From: a virus
Taxonomy: Duplodnaviria; Heunggongvirae; Uroviricota; Caudoviricetes
Direction: 5' to 3' (one strand)
Length of the DNA stretch: 9,854 nt
Virus record (IMG/VR): IMGVR_UViG_2877973648_000003
Shown: piece after piece, positions 1 to 6,054 of the stretch
Layout: every line of letters starts with the position of its first letter
Position numbering within the stretch: the first letter of the stretch is position 1
Position numbers and translations under genes: made by a program
The notes under the pieces: generated by a model
Told to the model about the DNA's origin: nothing
The model's input: the letters and a program-made list of their open reading frames with translations, nothing else
Database searches by the model: none

Positions 1-477
1 TTATTCAAGCAGGCTACGCAACATCCAGGCAGTTTTCTCATGTAACTGGATACGTTGTGTAAGCAGATCTGCTGTGGCTTCATCATTCGCATTATTAACG
101 AGCGGGAACAGGGAGCGTGCAGTTTTAACCACGGTCTCCTGGCCCTGGACAAGATTTTCAATCATGTTTTTTGCTGCCGGAATATCCTTATCTTCATTAA
201 CCGCTGTTAAACGTGAAAATTCATGATATGTGCCGGGCGCGAAGCATCCGAGCGAGCGTATACGTTCAGCGATATCATCAACGGCAGTGGCCAGCTCATT
301 GTATTGATTTTCAAACATTAAATGTAAGCTGTTAAACATGGGGCCAGTTACATTCCAGTGATAGTAATGTGTTTTTATATACAGGGTATAGGTGTCAGCA
401 AGAAGCCGGGACAGGCCGTCTGCAATCTCCACCCGGGATGATTCAGCAATACCAATATCAATGATTTGTTTACTCAT
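1..477 (-). CDS. Dps-family (ferritin-like DNA-protection) protein, 158 aa, apparently host-encoded
   Basis: Complete minus-strand ORF (ATG complement at 475-477, TAA complement at 1-3). The translation has the ferritin-like Dps signature region (HW-N-V-G...F...LH...E) and Dps-like length. SD-like AAGAGG lies upstream of the start. It is not identical to E. coli Dps as I recall it. Confidence 0.8.
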   Translation of the reverse strand: MSKQIIDIGIAESSRVEIADGLSRLLADTYTLYIKTHYYHWNVTGPMFNSLHLMFENQYNELATAVDDIAERIRSLGCFAPGTYHEFSRLTAVNEDKDIPAAKNMIENLVQGQETVVKTARSLFPLVNNANDEATADLLTQRIQLHEKTAWMLRSLLE

Positions 478-551
478 AACTACCTCTTACACGGTTTCAG
501 TGGAATATACGATATGCGATTATTCTTTCCGGTCTGAGCAAAACACGCCTC

Positions 552-566
552 AAATTTTTATAATAA
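552..566. other. attL core (lambda-type attachment site, host/prophage junction)
   Basis: AAATTTTTATAATAA followed by GTTGGCATTATAAAAAAGCATTGCTTATCAATTTGTTGCAACGAACAGG matches the recalled lambda attP core and P' arm (lambda core GCTTTTTTATACTAA). The left three bases differ, as expected for a host arm. One C-to-A difference lies in the overlap region (TTTATAA versus TTTATAC). Confidence 0.8.
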
Positions 567-574
567 GTTGGCAT

Positions 575-645
575 TATAAAAAAGCATTGCTTATCAATTT
601 GTTGCAACGAACAGGTCACTATCAGTCAAAATAAAATCATTATTT
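575..645. promoter_or_regulatory. attL P' arm: IHF-type site and Int arm-type binding sites (P'1-P'3)
   Basis: CAGGTCACTAT (612-622), CAGTCAAAAT (623-632) and AAAATCATTAT (about 634-645) fit the Int arm-type consensus. The upstream TTATCAATTTGTTGCAACGAACAGG resembles the lambda H' IHF site. The int stop lies 74 bp from the core, as in lambda. Confidence 0.75.
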
Positions 646-1710
646 GATTTCAATTTTGTCCCACTCCCTGCCTCTGTCATCACGATACTGTGATGCCATG
701 GTGTCCGACTTATGCCCGAGAAGATGTTGAGCAAACTTATCGCTTATCTGCTTCTCATAGAGTCTTGCAGACAAACTGCGCAACTCGTGAAAGGTAGGCG
801 GATCCCCTTCGAAGGAAAGACCTGATGCTTTTCGTGCGCGCATAAAATACCTTGATACTGTGCCGGATGAAAGCGGTTCGCGACGAGTAGATGCAATTAT
901 GGTTTCTCCGCCAAGAATCTCTTTGCATTTATCAAGTGTTTCCTTCATTGATATTCCGAGAGCATCAACATGCAATACTGTTGGGATGGCAATTTTTACG
1001 CCTGTTTTGCTTTGCTCGACATAAAGATATCCATCTACGATATCAGACCACTTCATTTCGCATAAATCACCAACTCGTTGCCCGGTAACAACAGCCAGTT
1101 CCATTGCAAGTCTGAGCCAACATGGTGATGATTCTGCTGCTTGATAAATTTTCAGGTATTCGTCAGCCGTAAGTCTTGATCTCCTTACCTCTGATTTTGC
1201 TGCGCGAGTGGCAGCGACAGGGTTTGTTGTTATATGGCCTTCAGCTATTGCCTCTCGGAATGCATCGCTCAGTGTTGATCTGATTAACTTGGCTGACGCC
1301 GCCTTGCCCTCGTCTATGTATCCATTGAGCATTGCCGCAATTTCTTTTGTGGTGATGTCTTCAAGTGGAGCATCAGGCAGACCCCTCCTTATTGCTTTAA
1401 TTTTGCTCATGTAATTTATGAGTGTCTTCTGCTTGATTCCTCTGCTGGCCAGGATTTTTTCGTAGCGATCAAGCCATGAATGTAACGTAACGGAATTATC
1501 ACTGTTGATTCTCGCTGTCAGAGGCTTGTGTTTGTGTCCTGAAAATAACTCAATGTTGGCCTGTATAGCTTCAGTGATTGCGATTCGCCTGTCTCTGCCT
1601 AATCCAAACTCTTTACCCGTCCTTGGGTCCCTGTAGCAGTAATATCCATTGTTTCTTATATAAAGGTTAGGGGGTAAATCCCGGCGCTCATGACTTCGCC
1701 TTCTTCCCAT
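640..1710 (-). CDS. int: Tyrosine integrase, lambda Int (356 aa)
   Basis: The translation is near-identical to lambda Int as I recall it (MGRRRSHERRDLPPNLYIRNNGYYCYRDPRTGKEF...REWDKIEIK) and has the catalytic R/K/H/R/H/Y residues including the LLGH and Y motif near the C-terminus. It overlaps xis as in lambda and is adjacent to the att site. Confidence 0.97.
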   Translation of the reverse strand: MGRRRSHERRDLPPNLYIRNNGYYCYRDPRTGKEFGLGRDRRIAITEAIQANIELFSGHKHKPLTARINSDNSVTLHSWLDRYEKILASRGIKQKTLINYMSKIKAIRRGLPDAPLEDITTKEIAAMLNGYIDEGKAASAKLIRSTLSDAFREAIAEGHITTNPVAATRAAKSEVRRSRLTADEYLKIYQAAESSPCWLRLAMELAVVTGQRVGDLCEMKWSDIVDGYLYVEQSKTGVKIAIPTVLHVDALGISMKETLDKCKEILGGETIIASTRREPLSSGTVSRYFMRARKASGLSFEGDPPTFHELRSLSARLYEKQISDKFAQHLLGHKSDTMASQYRDDRGREWDKIEIK

Positions 1711-1906
1711 TTCTGATCCTCTTCAAAAGGCTACCTGTTACTGGTCGATTTAAGTCAACCTTTACCGCTGATTCGTGGAACAGATACTCTCTTCCATCCT
1801 TAACCGGAGGAGGGAATATCCTGCACTCGCGTACCCATCGACGAACTGTTTCAAGGCTTCTTGGGCGTCGCTGGCGTGCGTTCCACTCCTGAAGTGTCAA
1901 GTACAT
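1688..1906 (-). CDS. xis: Excisionase Xis (72 aa)
   Basis: MYLTLQEWNARQRRPRSLETVRRWVRECRIFPPPVKDGREYLFHESAVKVDLNRPVTGSLLKRIRNGKKAKS matches lambda Xis in sequence and length. Its 3' end overlaps the int start. Confidence 0.95.
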   Translation of the reverse strand: MYLTLQEWNARQRRPRSLETVRRWVRECRIFPPPVKDGREYLFHESAVKVDLNRPVTGSLLKRIRNGKKAKS

Positions 1907-1930
1907 CGCAAAGTCTCCGCAATTACACGC

Positions 1931-1953
1931 AAGAAAAAACCGCCATCAGGCGG
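1931..1953 (-). terminator. Putative intrinsic terminator (5-bp GC stem CCGCC/GGCGG, 4-nt loop, then six Us on the minus strand)
   Basis: On the minus strand: GCCGCCUGAUGGCGG followed by UUUUUUCUU. The stop codon of the 55-codon ORF sits in the loop. The stem is short, so confidence is moderate. Confidence 0.4.
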
Positions 1954-2113
1954 CTTGGTGTTCTTTCAGTTCTTCAATTCGAATATTGGTTACGTCTGCA
2001 TGTGCTATCTGCGCCCATATCATCCAGTGGTTATAACAGTCGTTGATGTTCTCTGCTTCGATAACCCTGTTGAATGGCTCTCCATTCCATTCACCTGTGA
2101 CTCGGAAGTGCAT
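1946..2113 (-). CDS. Small hypothetical protein (55 aa), positional counterpart of the lambda small ORF next to xis
   Basis: Found by my own translation; it is below the size cutoff of the ORF track. MHFRVTGEWNGEPFNRVIEAENINDCYNHWMIWAQIAHADVTNIRIEELKEHQAA. Same size and position as the lambda 55-codon ORF right of xis. Confidence 0.6.
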   Translation of the reverse strand: MHFRVTGEWNGEPFNRVIEAENINDCYNHWMIWAQIAHADVTNIRIEELKEHQAA

Positions 2114-2124
2114 TTATCATCTCC

Positions 2125-2151
2125 ATAAAACAAAACTCGCCGTAGCGAGTT
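2125..2151 (-). terminator. Putative intrinsic terminator downstream of the 142-aa gene
   Basis: On the minus strand: AACUCGC-UACG-GCGAGUU (7-bp stem) followed by UUGUUUUAU. It lies between the stop of the 142-aa ORF (2197) and the start of the 55-codon ORF (2113). Confidence 0.5.
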
Positions 2152-2196
2152 CAGATATAATTTCCACCAAAGGCAGTAGTTGCTTGATGCTAAGAA

Positions 2197-2625
2197 TTAT
2201 TCAATATCTATTCCTGTAATCTCTTTTATCTTTTTCCTTGCAAAGCCTTTTGCTAGTGATTTTGAAACACTCATAAGTGTACTAATTCCCTCATCCTTAA
2301 AGTTTGTTTTTATAGCTTGCCAGACATCCTTTTGACGTAAGTCAGCAATAAAATCATGCCCTCTTGCTGTCAACCTCAGTGGTACTTCGATCCAACTATA
2401 TCCAACACCTTCCCCTAACGCTTTGGACAATATATGACCGAACCCAGGTTTTCCATCAACCCTGACTATTAATTCGTAGTCACATAATAATCGCATATGG
2501 AAAATAAAATCTTGGTCATATCTATTAAAGCCATTATCCTCTAGTTCACTAAGCATCGTGTCAGGGCCACGAGTTTTTTCGAATGCGATAAGTAGATCTT
2601 TTAGATATTGCTGGTCTAATTTCAT
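2197..2625 (-). CDS. Hypothetical protein, 142 aa, AT-rich accessory (moron-like) gene of unknown function
   Basis: Clean ORF with a strong SD (GGAGGCG) 5-7 nt upstream of the ATG. Base composition is visibly more AT-rich than the flanking lambda-like genes (by eye, not computed). No signal peptide or TM segment is evident. I do not recognise the family with confidence. Confidence 0.6.
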   Translation of the reverse strand: MKLDQQYLKDLLIAFEKTRGPDTMLSELEDNGFNRYDQDFIFHMRLLCDYELIVRVDGKPGFGHILSKALGEGVGYSWIEVPLRLTARGHDFIADLRQKDVWQAIKTNFKDEGISTLMSVSKSLAKGFARKKIKEITGIDIE

Positions 2626-2635
2626 TGCCGCCTCC

Positions 2636-2647
2636 GTGACATGTCAC
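2636..2647. promoter_or_regulatory. Perfect 12-bp palindrome GTGACATGTCAC in the 28-bp gap between the 112-aa and 142-aa genes
   Basis: Read directly from the sequence: the motif equals its own reverse complement. It sits just upstream of the SD of the 142-aa gene. Confidence 0.35.
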
Positions 2648-2653
2648 AGAGAT

Positions 2654-2992
2654 TTATATCATTAATTTTGTTTCGTGCCAGCCTTTGGTCACCCAGCATT
2701 GTGAGTCACCATTACACGGGCATGAATTAACAGGAACTCTCTCGCCGCACTTACCGCACCGTTTTCTGCTGATCGATTTTATACGCCAGCGCACACGTGC
2801 ATCATCCTGGCGGCTCAGTAACGCGATGTACTCACCAAACTCGCAAGGCGCACGCCTGAAGCGACGCGTGGCACAGTTACGCTCCAGCATTTCAATTTCC
2901 TGAGCATCAAGTACAAGCTCCAGCTTACGCATACCGGATGATGCTTGCTTGGCTCTCTGATCGGCTTTGTGCTCTGTTGCTGATTTAGCCAT
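2654..2992 (-). CDS. Small basic Cys-rich protein (112 aa), probable zinc-ribbon; occupies the position of lambda ea8.5
   Basis: ORF with an SD-like AGGAAAA upstream. The C-terminal part has CGKCG...CPC...C spacing typical of a zinc ribbon. Base composition resembles the lambda-like backbone. Any identity with Ea8.5 is positional inference only. Confidence 0.55.
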   Translation of the reverse strand: MAKSATEHKADQRAKQASSGMRKLELVLDAQEIEMLERNCATRRFRRAPCEFGEYIALLSRQDDARVRWRIKSISRKRCGKCGERVPVNSCPCNGDSQCWVTKGWHETKLMI

Positions 2993-3188
2993 TCTGCTTT
3001 TCCTGCATCAGGAGAAAGACAATCATGGCGGCGCGGATACTTCCGGTATCTTTATACGCGATATTCCCCTTCAATGGCACATACAAGAAGAGAGCCATCA
3101 ACAGGAGTGATTGAGGAATCGACAACCAGCAACGCTTAATTATCTATAGTGTCGTATTTGCTTCATAAAATATGGCGAATAACACAAA

Positions 3189-3220
3189 GCCCGCAGCAGC
3201 TCATTGTGCGGGCTTTTCTT
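3189..3220 (-). terminator. Putative bidirectional intrinsic terminator (GCCCGCA...TGCGGGC, 7-bp stem) downstream of the secreted-protein gene
   Basis: Stem 3189-3195 pairs with 3207-3213 around an 11-nt loop. It is followed by TTTTCTT on the plus strand and UUUGUGUU on the minus strand, about 70 nt past the stop at 3286. Confidence 0.55.
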
Positions 3221-3285
3221 ATACCTACTTCCTAGAGATAATTCTATGGAGGCATTAAATCAATACTGTCATTGGTAATATCATA

Positions 3286-3900
3286 TTATCTAAAAGTCTT
3301 TCCACTTTTAACATCTAGGTATATTCTGTTCGACAACGTCATTCCTCCGCAATATGTGAAATAGATGTTTTCACCCTTATTGCTTGATGCCATCCACCCT
3401 CCGATTTCCTTAAAATCGCTTTCCGTGCAGACCCCTTCATTTATTAACTTCCTAGCTGCCGAAGAAAACTCTTTTTTGTATATACGGTAGTCATCAGATC
3501 CTTTGATTAAAGTATCATCTCCGCTCGCATTTTCAGCAGGATCTGATGGCCTTTCACTGCTAAGATCACTAAATTTAACCCATTCTGAAAACTTGCCATT
3601 AACGATTCCATTTTTTCTTGTGCAGGATTTATTACCTTCTTTAATATATTCGCTTTCCCCTCCAACACATGAGGCTGAATATGGCTCAGTTATACGAACC
3701 CATTCACCTTTTTTTTCTAGAAAATCTACGCCTTCCCTGAAAAATAGTTTCCCAGCCACTCCACATTTACTTGAAGGGCAGGTATGTCTTTCCGTTCGAT
3801 CAACAACAACCCATAGTTTTGATTCATTTTTTGCCATTGCCGATGGTATTTGAGATGAGACAATTAACGTAAGCCCTAAAATTAGTATTGATTTTTTCAT
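3286..3900 (-). CDS. Secreted or periplasmic Cys-rich protein, 204 aa, unknown function (AT-rich moron)
   Basis: N-terminus MKKSILILGLTLIVSSQIPSAMA-KNE is a classical Sec signal peptide with an AXA cleavage motif. The mature part is hydrophilic with about 8 Cys. SD AAGGAAA lies 6-7 nt upstream of the ATG. The gene is AT-rich and has its own terminator. It does not match Bor, Lom or Cor as I recall them. Confidence 0.7.
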   Translation of the reverse strand: MKKSILILGLTLIVSSQIPSAMAKNESKLWVVVDRTERHTCPSSKCGVAGKLFFREGVDFLEKKGEWVRITEPYSASCVGGESEYIKEGNKSCTRKNGIVNGKFSEWVKFSDLSSERPSDPAENASGDDTLIKGSDDYRIYKKEFSSAARKLINEGVCTESDFKEIGGWMASSNKGENIYFTYCGGMTLSNRIYLDVKSGKTFR

Positions 3901-4198
3901 TGTAATTTCCTTTTACTTTTTACAAAGCGTTTAATCATGGCTGATTATCTCTAAGTGTAGTAACAGCCTTGTGCGAAACATGTTACCAAATCGCCATTTC
4001 AGTGTATCCGCAGTTAGGCTGCCACTTCAAGGATTCCTAATTACATGGTACGTAAGCGTAAAATCCCGTTGGTTGGCGGGTAATAACTCTGATCAAATCT
4101 CCCTTGTCTTTTGCTCTTACGTATGCAGCTCTTGTGTATTCAACCCAGGCCTCCAGTTCAGCAATACGCTTACTTCCATCCGAGATAACACCTTCTAC

Positions 4199-4450
4199 TC
4201 ACGCTGCTCGTTGAGTTTTGATTTTTGCTGTCTCCAGCTCAACACGCAGTTTCCCCACCGTTAGCGCAATATCCTCGTTCTCCTGGTCGCGGCGTTTGAT
4301 GTATTGCTGGTTTCTTTCCCGTTCATCCAGCAGTGTCAGCACAATCGATGGTGTTACCAGCTCATGGAAAAGGTCCGCGTCAAATCCCCAGTTGTCAGGC
4401 ATTGCCTGCTCTGCCGCTTCACGCAGTGCCTGAGAGTGAATTACGCTCAC
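4199..4450 (-). CDS. ea22: Ea22-like protein, N-terminal segment (83 aa) ending at an in-frame TGA; the reading frame stays open for 53 further codons (4040-4198) to a TAG at 4037-4039
   Basis: MSVIHSQALREAAEQAMPDNWGFDADLFHELVTPSIVLTLLDERERNQQYIKRRDQENEDIALTVGKLRVELETAKIKTQRAA resembles the lambda Ea22 N-terminus as I recall it. After the TGA, the same frame reads VEGVISDGSKRIAELEAWVEYTRAAYVRAKDKGDLIRVITRQPTGFYAYVPCN. Its 3' end overlaps the start of the TraR-like gene. Confidence 0.55.
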   Translation of the reverse strand: MSVIHSQALREAAEQAMPDNWGFDADLFHELVTPSIVLTLLDERERNQQYIKRRDQENEDIALTVGKLRVELETAKIKTQRAA

Positions 4451-4668
4451 TTCGAACCTCTCTGTTTACTGATAAGCTCCAGATCTTCCTGGCAACTTGC
4501 ACAAGTCCGACAACCCTGAACGGCCAGGCGTCTTAGCTCATCTATGGGATCGCCACACTCACAACAATGAGTGGCAGATACAGCCTGGTGGTTCAGGCGG
4601 CGCATTTTTATTGCTGTGTTGCGCTGTAATTCTTCAATTTCTGATGCTGAATCAATGATGTCTGCCAT
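4447..4668 (-). CDS. DksA/TraR-family C4 zinc-finger protein (73 aa), lambda Orf73/TraR-like
   Basis: 73 aa with paired Cys-x2-Cys motifs (CCEC ... CRTCASC) and the size typical of TraR-family proteins. It sits where lambdoid phages carry their TraR homologue in the early-left operon. Confidence 0.75.
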   Translation of the reverse strand: MADIIDSASEIEELQRNTAIKMRRLNHQAVSATHCCECGDPIDELRRLAVQGCRTCASCQEDLELISKQRGSK

Positions 4669-4766
4669 CTTCCATTAATCCCTGAATTGTTGGTTAATAC
4701 GCTTGGGGGTAAATGCGAGCAATAAAAAAGGAGCCTGTAGCTCCCTGATAATTTTGCTTTTCATGT

Positions 4767-5048
4767 TCATCGTTCCTTAAAGACGCCGTTTAACATGCCG
4801 ATTGCCAGGCTTAAATGAGTCGGTGTGAATCCCATCAGCGTTACCGTTTCGCGGTGCTTCTTCAGTACGCTACGGCAAATGTCATCGACGTTTTTATCCG
4901 GAAACTGCTGTCTGGCTTTTTTGATTTCAGAATTAGCCTGACGGGCAATGCTGCGAAGGGCGTTTTCTTGCTGAGGTGTCATTGAACAAGCCCCATGTCG
5001 GCAAGCATAAGCACACAGAATATGAAGCCCGCTGCCAGAAAAATGCAT
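4767..5048 (-). CDS. Small early-left-operon protein (lambda orf61-like); start ambiguous (93 aa from 5048, or 71 aa from the ATG at 4982)
   Basis: ORF in the expected position and orientation. The 5048 start lies 10 nt after the upstream gene stop and has no obvious SD. The internal ATG at 4982 overlaps the TGA of a 5-codon upstream mini-ORF (ATGA), a translational-coupling arrangement. Confidence 0.5.
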   Translation of the reverse strand: MHFSGSGLHILCAYACRHGACSMTPQQENALRSIARQANSEIKKARQQFPDKNVDDICRSVLKKHRETVTLMGFTPTHLSLAIGMLNGVFKER

Positions 5049-5058
5049 TCAGTGGTTG

Positions 5059-5250
5059 TCATACCTGGTCTCTCTCATCTGCTTCTGCTTTCGCCACCAT
5101 CATTTCCAGCTTTTGTGAAAGGGATGCGGCTAACGTATGAAATTCTTCGTCTGTTTCTACTGGTATTGGCACAAACCTGACTCCAATTTGAGCGAGGCTA
5201 TGTGCCATCTCGATACACGTTCTTAACTCAACAGGAGATGCTTTGTGCAT
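5059..5250 (-). CDS. Small early-left-operon protein, 63 aa (lambda orf63-like)
   Basis: 63-aa ORF with a G-rich SD (GGGGGG) upstream. Size and position match lambda orf63. Confidence 0.6.
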   Translation of the reverse strand: MHKASPVELRTCIEMAHSLAQIGVRFVPIPVETDEEFHTLAASLSQKLEMMVAKAEADERDQV

Positions 5251-5368
5251 ACAGCCCCCCGTTTATTATTTATCTCCTCAGCCAGCCGCTGTGCTTTCAG
5301 GGGATTTCTGATAACAGAAAGGCCGGGAAATACCCAGCCTCGCTTTGTAACGGAGTAGACGAAAGTGA

Positions 5369-5593
5369 TCGCACCTACCGGAAACAACGCGCGGCGCTCT
5401 TTACTCGTTCGTCTATAACGTGGGCGCAGGCAATTTCAGAACATCTACTCTTCTTCGCAAAATAAACCAGGGCGATATCAAGGGCGCATGTGACCAGCTA
5501 CGTCGCTGGGCATACGCTGGCGGTAAGCAATGGAAAGGCCTGATGACTCGTCGTGAGATTGAGCGTGAGGTCTGTTTGTGGGGGCAACAATGA
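5369..5593 (+). pseudogene. 3' remnant of an endolysin gene (T4-type/P21-type lysozyme R); N-terminal catalytic part absent and frameshifted upstream
   Basis: In-frame translation ...[71 protein letters not shown] matches the C-terminus of E. coli cryptic-prophage lysozymes as I recall them. There is no start codon. An in-frame TGA at 5366-5368 and a shifted frame lie upstream. The stop overlaps the Rz start (ATGA). Confidence 0.75.
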
Positions 5594-6054
5594 GCAGGGT
5601 AACCGCGATTATCTCCGCTCTGGTTATCTGCATCATCGTCTGCCTGTCATGGGCTGTTAATCATTACCGTGATAACGCCATTACCTACAAAGCCCAGCGC
5701 GACAAAAATGCCAGAGAACTGAAGCTGGCGAACGCGGCAATTACTGACATGCAGATGCGTCAGCGTGATGTTGCTGCGCTCGATGCAAAATACACGAAGG
5801 AGTTAGCTGATGCGAAAGCTGAAAATGATGCTCTGCGTGATGATGTTGCCGCTGGTCGTCGTCGGTTGCACATCAAAGCAGTCTGTCAGTCAGTGCGTGA
5901 AGCCACCACCGCCTCCGGCGTGGATAATGCAGCCTCCCCCCGACTGGCAGACACCGCTGAACGGGATTATTTCACCCTCCGGGAACGACTGGTAATGATG
6001 CAGGCCCAACTTGAAGGTGCTCAGCAATACATAACCGAGCAGTGTTTAAAGTAA
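5590..6054 (+). CDS. Rz: Spanin, inner-membrane subunit Rz (154 aa)
   Basis: [60 protein letters not shown]... matches lambda Rz as I recall it, with an N-terminal TM segment and coiled-coil region. The ATG overlaps the endolysin stop. The ORF track's longer 5578 start is an in-frame GTG upstream. Confidence 0.9.
   Translation: MSRVTAIISALVICIIVCLSWAVNHYRDNAITYKAQRDKNARELKLANAAITDMQMRQRDVAALDAKYTKELADAKAENDALRDDVAAGRRRLHIKAVCQSVREATTASGVDNAASPRLADTAERDYFTLRERLVMMQAQLEGAQQYITEQCLK
5810..5995 (+). CDS. Rz1: Spanin, outer-membrane lipoprotein subunit Rz1 (61 aa), embedded in the +1 frame of Rz
   Basis: [24 protein letters not shown]... has a lipobox (VVGC) and a proline-rich mature part. It is fully nested inside Rz in another frame, as in lambda. 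Confidence 0.85.
   Translation: MRKLKMMLCVMMLPLVVVGCTSKQSVSQCVKPPPPPAWIMQPPPDWQTPLNGIISPSGNDW

Noticed and set aside
392-634. Plus-strand 80-aa ORF spanning the Dps-like gene start and the attL junction
   Set aside because: It overlaps the 5' end of the Dps-like gene on the opposite strand and runs across the host/prophage junction. It has no SD or family resemblance, so it is most likely a chance ORF.
891-1414. Plus-strand ORFs of 65 and 68 aa inside int
   Set aside because: They are antisense to a highly confident integrase gene and have no recognisable features.
1775-2128. Plus-strand ORFs of 117 and 61 aa over xis and the 55-codon ORF
   Set aside because: They are antisense to xis and to the small ORF, and the region is better explained by the minus-strand genes and the terminator hairpin.
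2685-2903. Plus-strand 72-aa ORF inside the 112-aa Cys-rich gene
   Set aside because: Antisense overlap with the minus-strand gene and no SD.
3503-3853. Plus-strand 116-aa ORF inside the secreted-protein gene
   Set aside because: Antisense to a gene with a clear signal peptide, SD and terminator; a low-complexity chance frame.
3971-4536. Plus-strand ORFs (97, 71, 71 and 67 aa) over the ea22-like and TraR-like genes
   Set aside because: All are antisense to or overlapping the minus-strand genes, which have homology support; the plus-strand frames are serine- and leucine-rich chance frames.
4995-5465. Plus-strand ORFs of 61 and 87 aa near the rearrangement junction
   Set aside because: The first is antisense to the orf61-like and orf63-like genes. 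The second spans the junction and overlaps the out-of-frame endolysin remnant; it is an artefact of the decayed lysozyme sequence, not a gene.
5578-5589. Longer Rz start at the GTG at 5578 (158 aa, as in the ORF track)
   Set aside because: The ATG at 5590 gives the canonical MSRVTAI Rz N-terminus and overlaps the endolysin stop in the usual ATGA arrangement.
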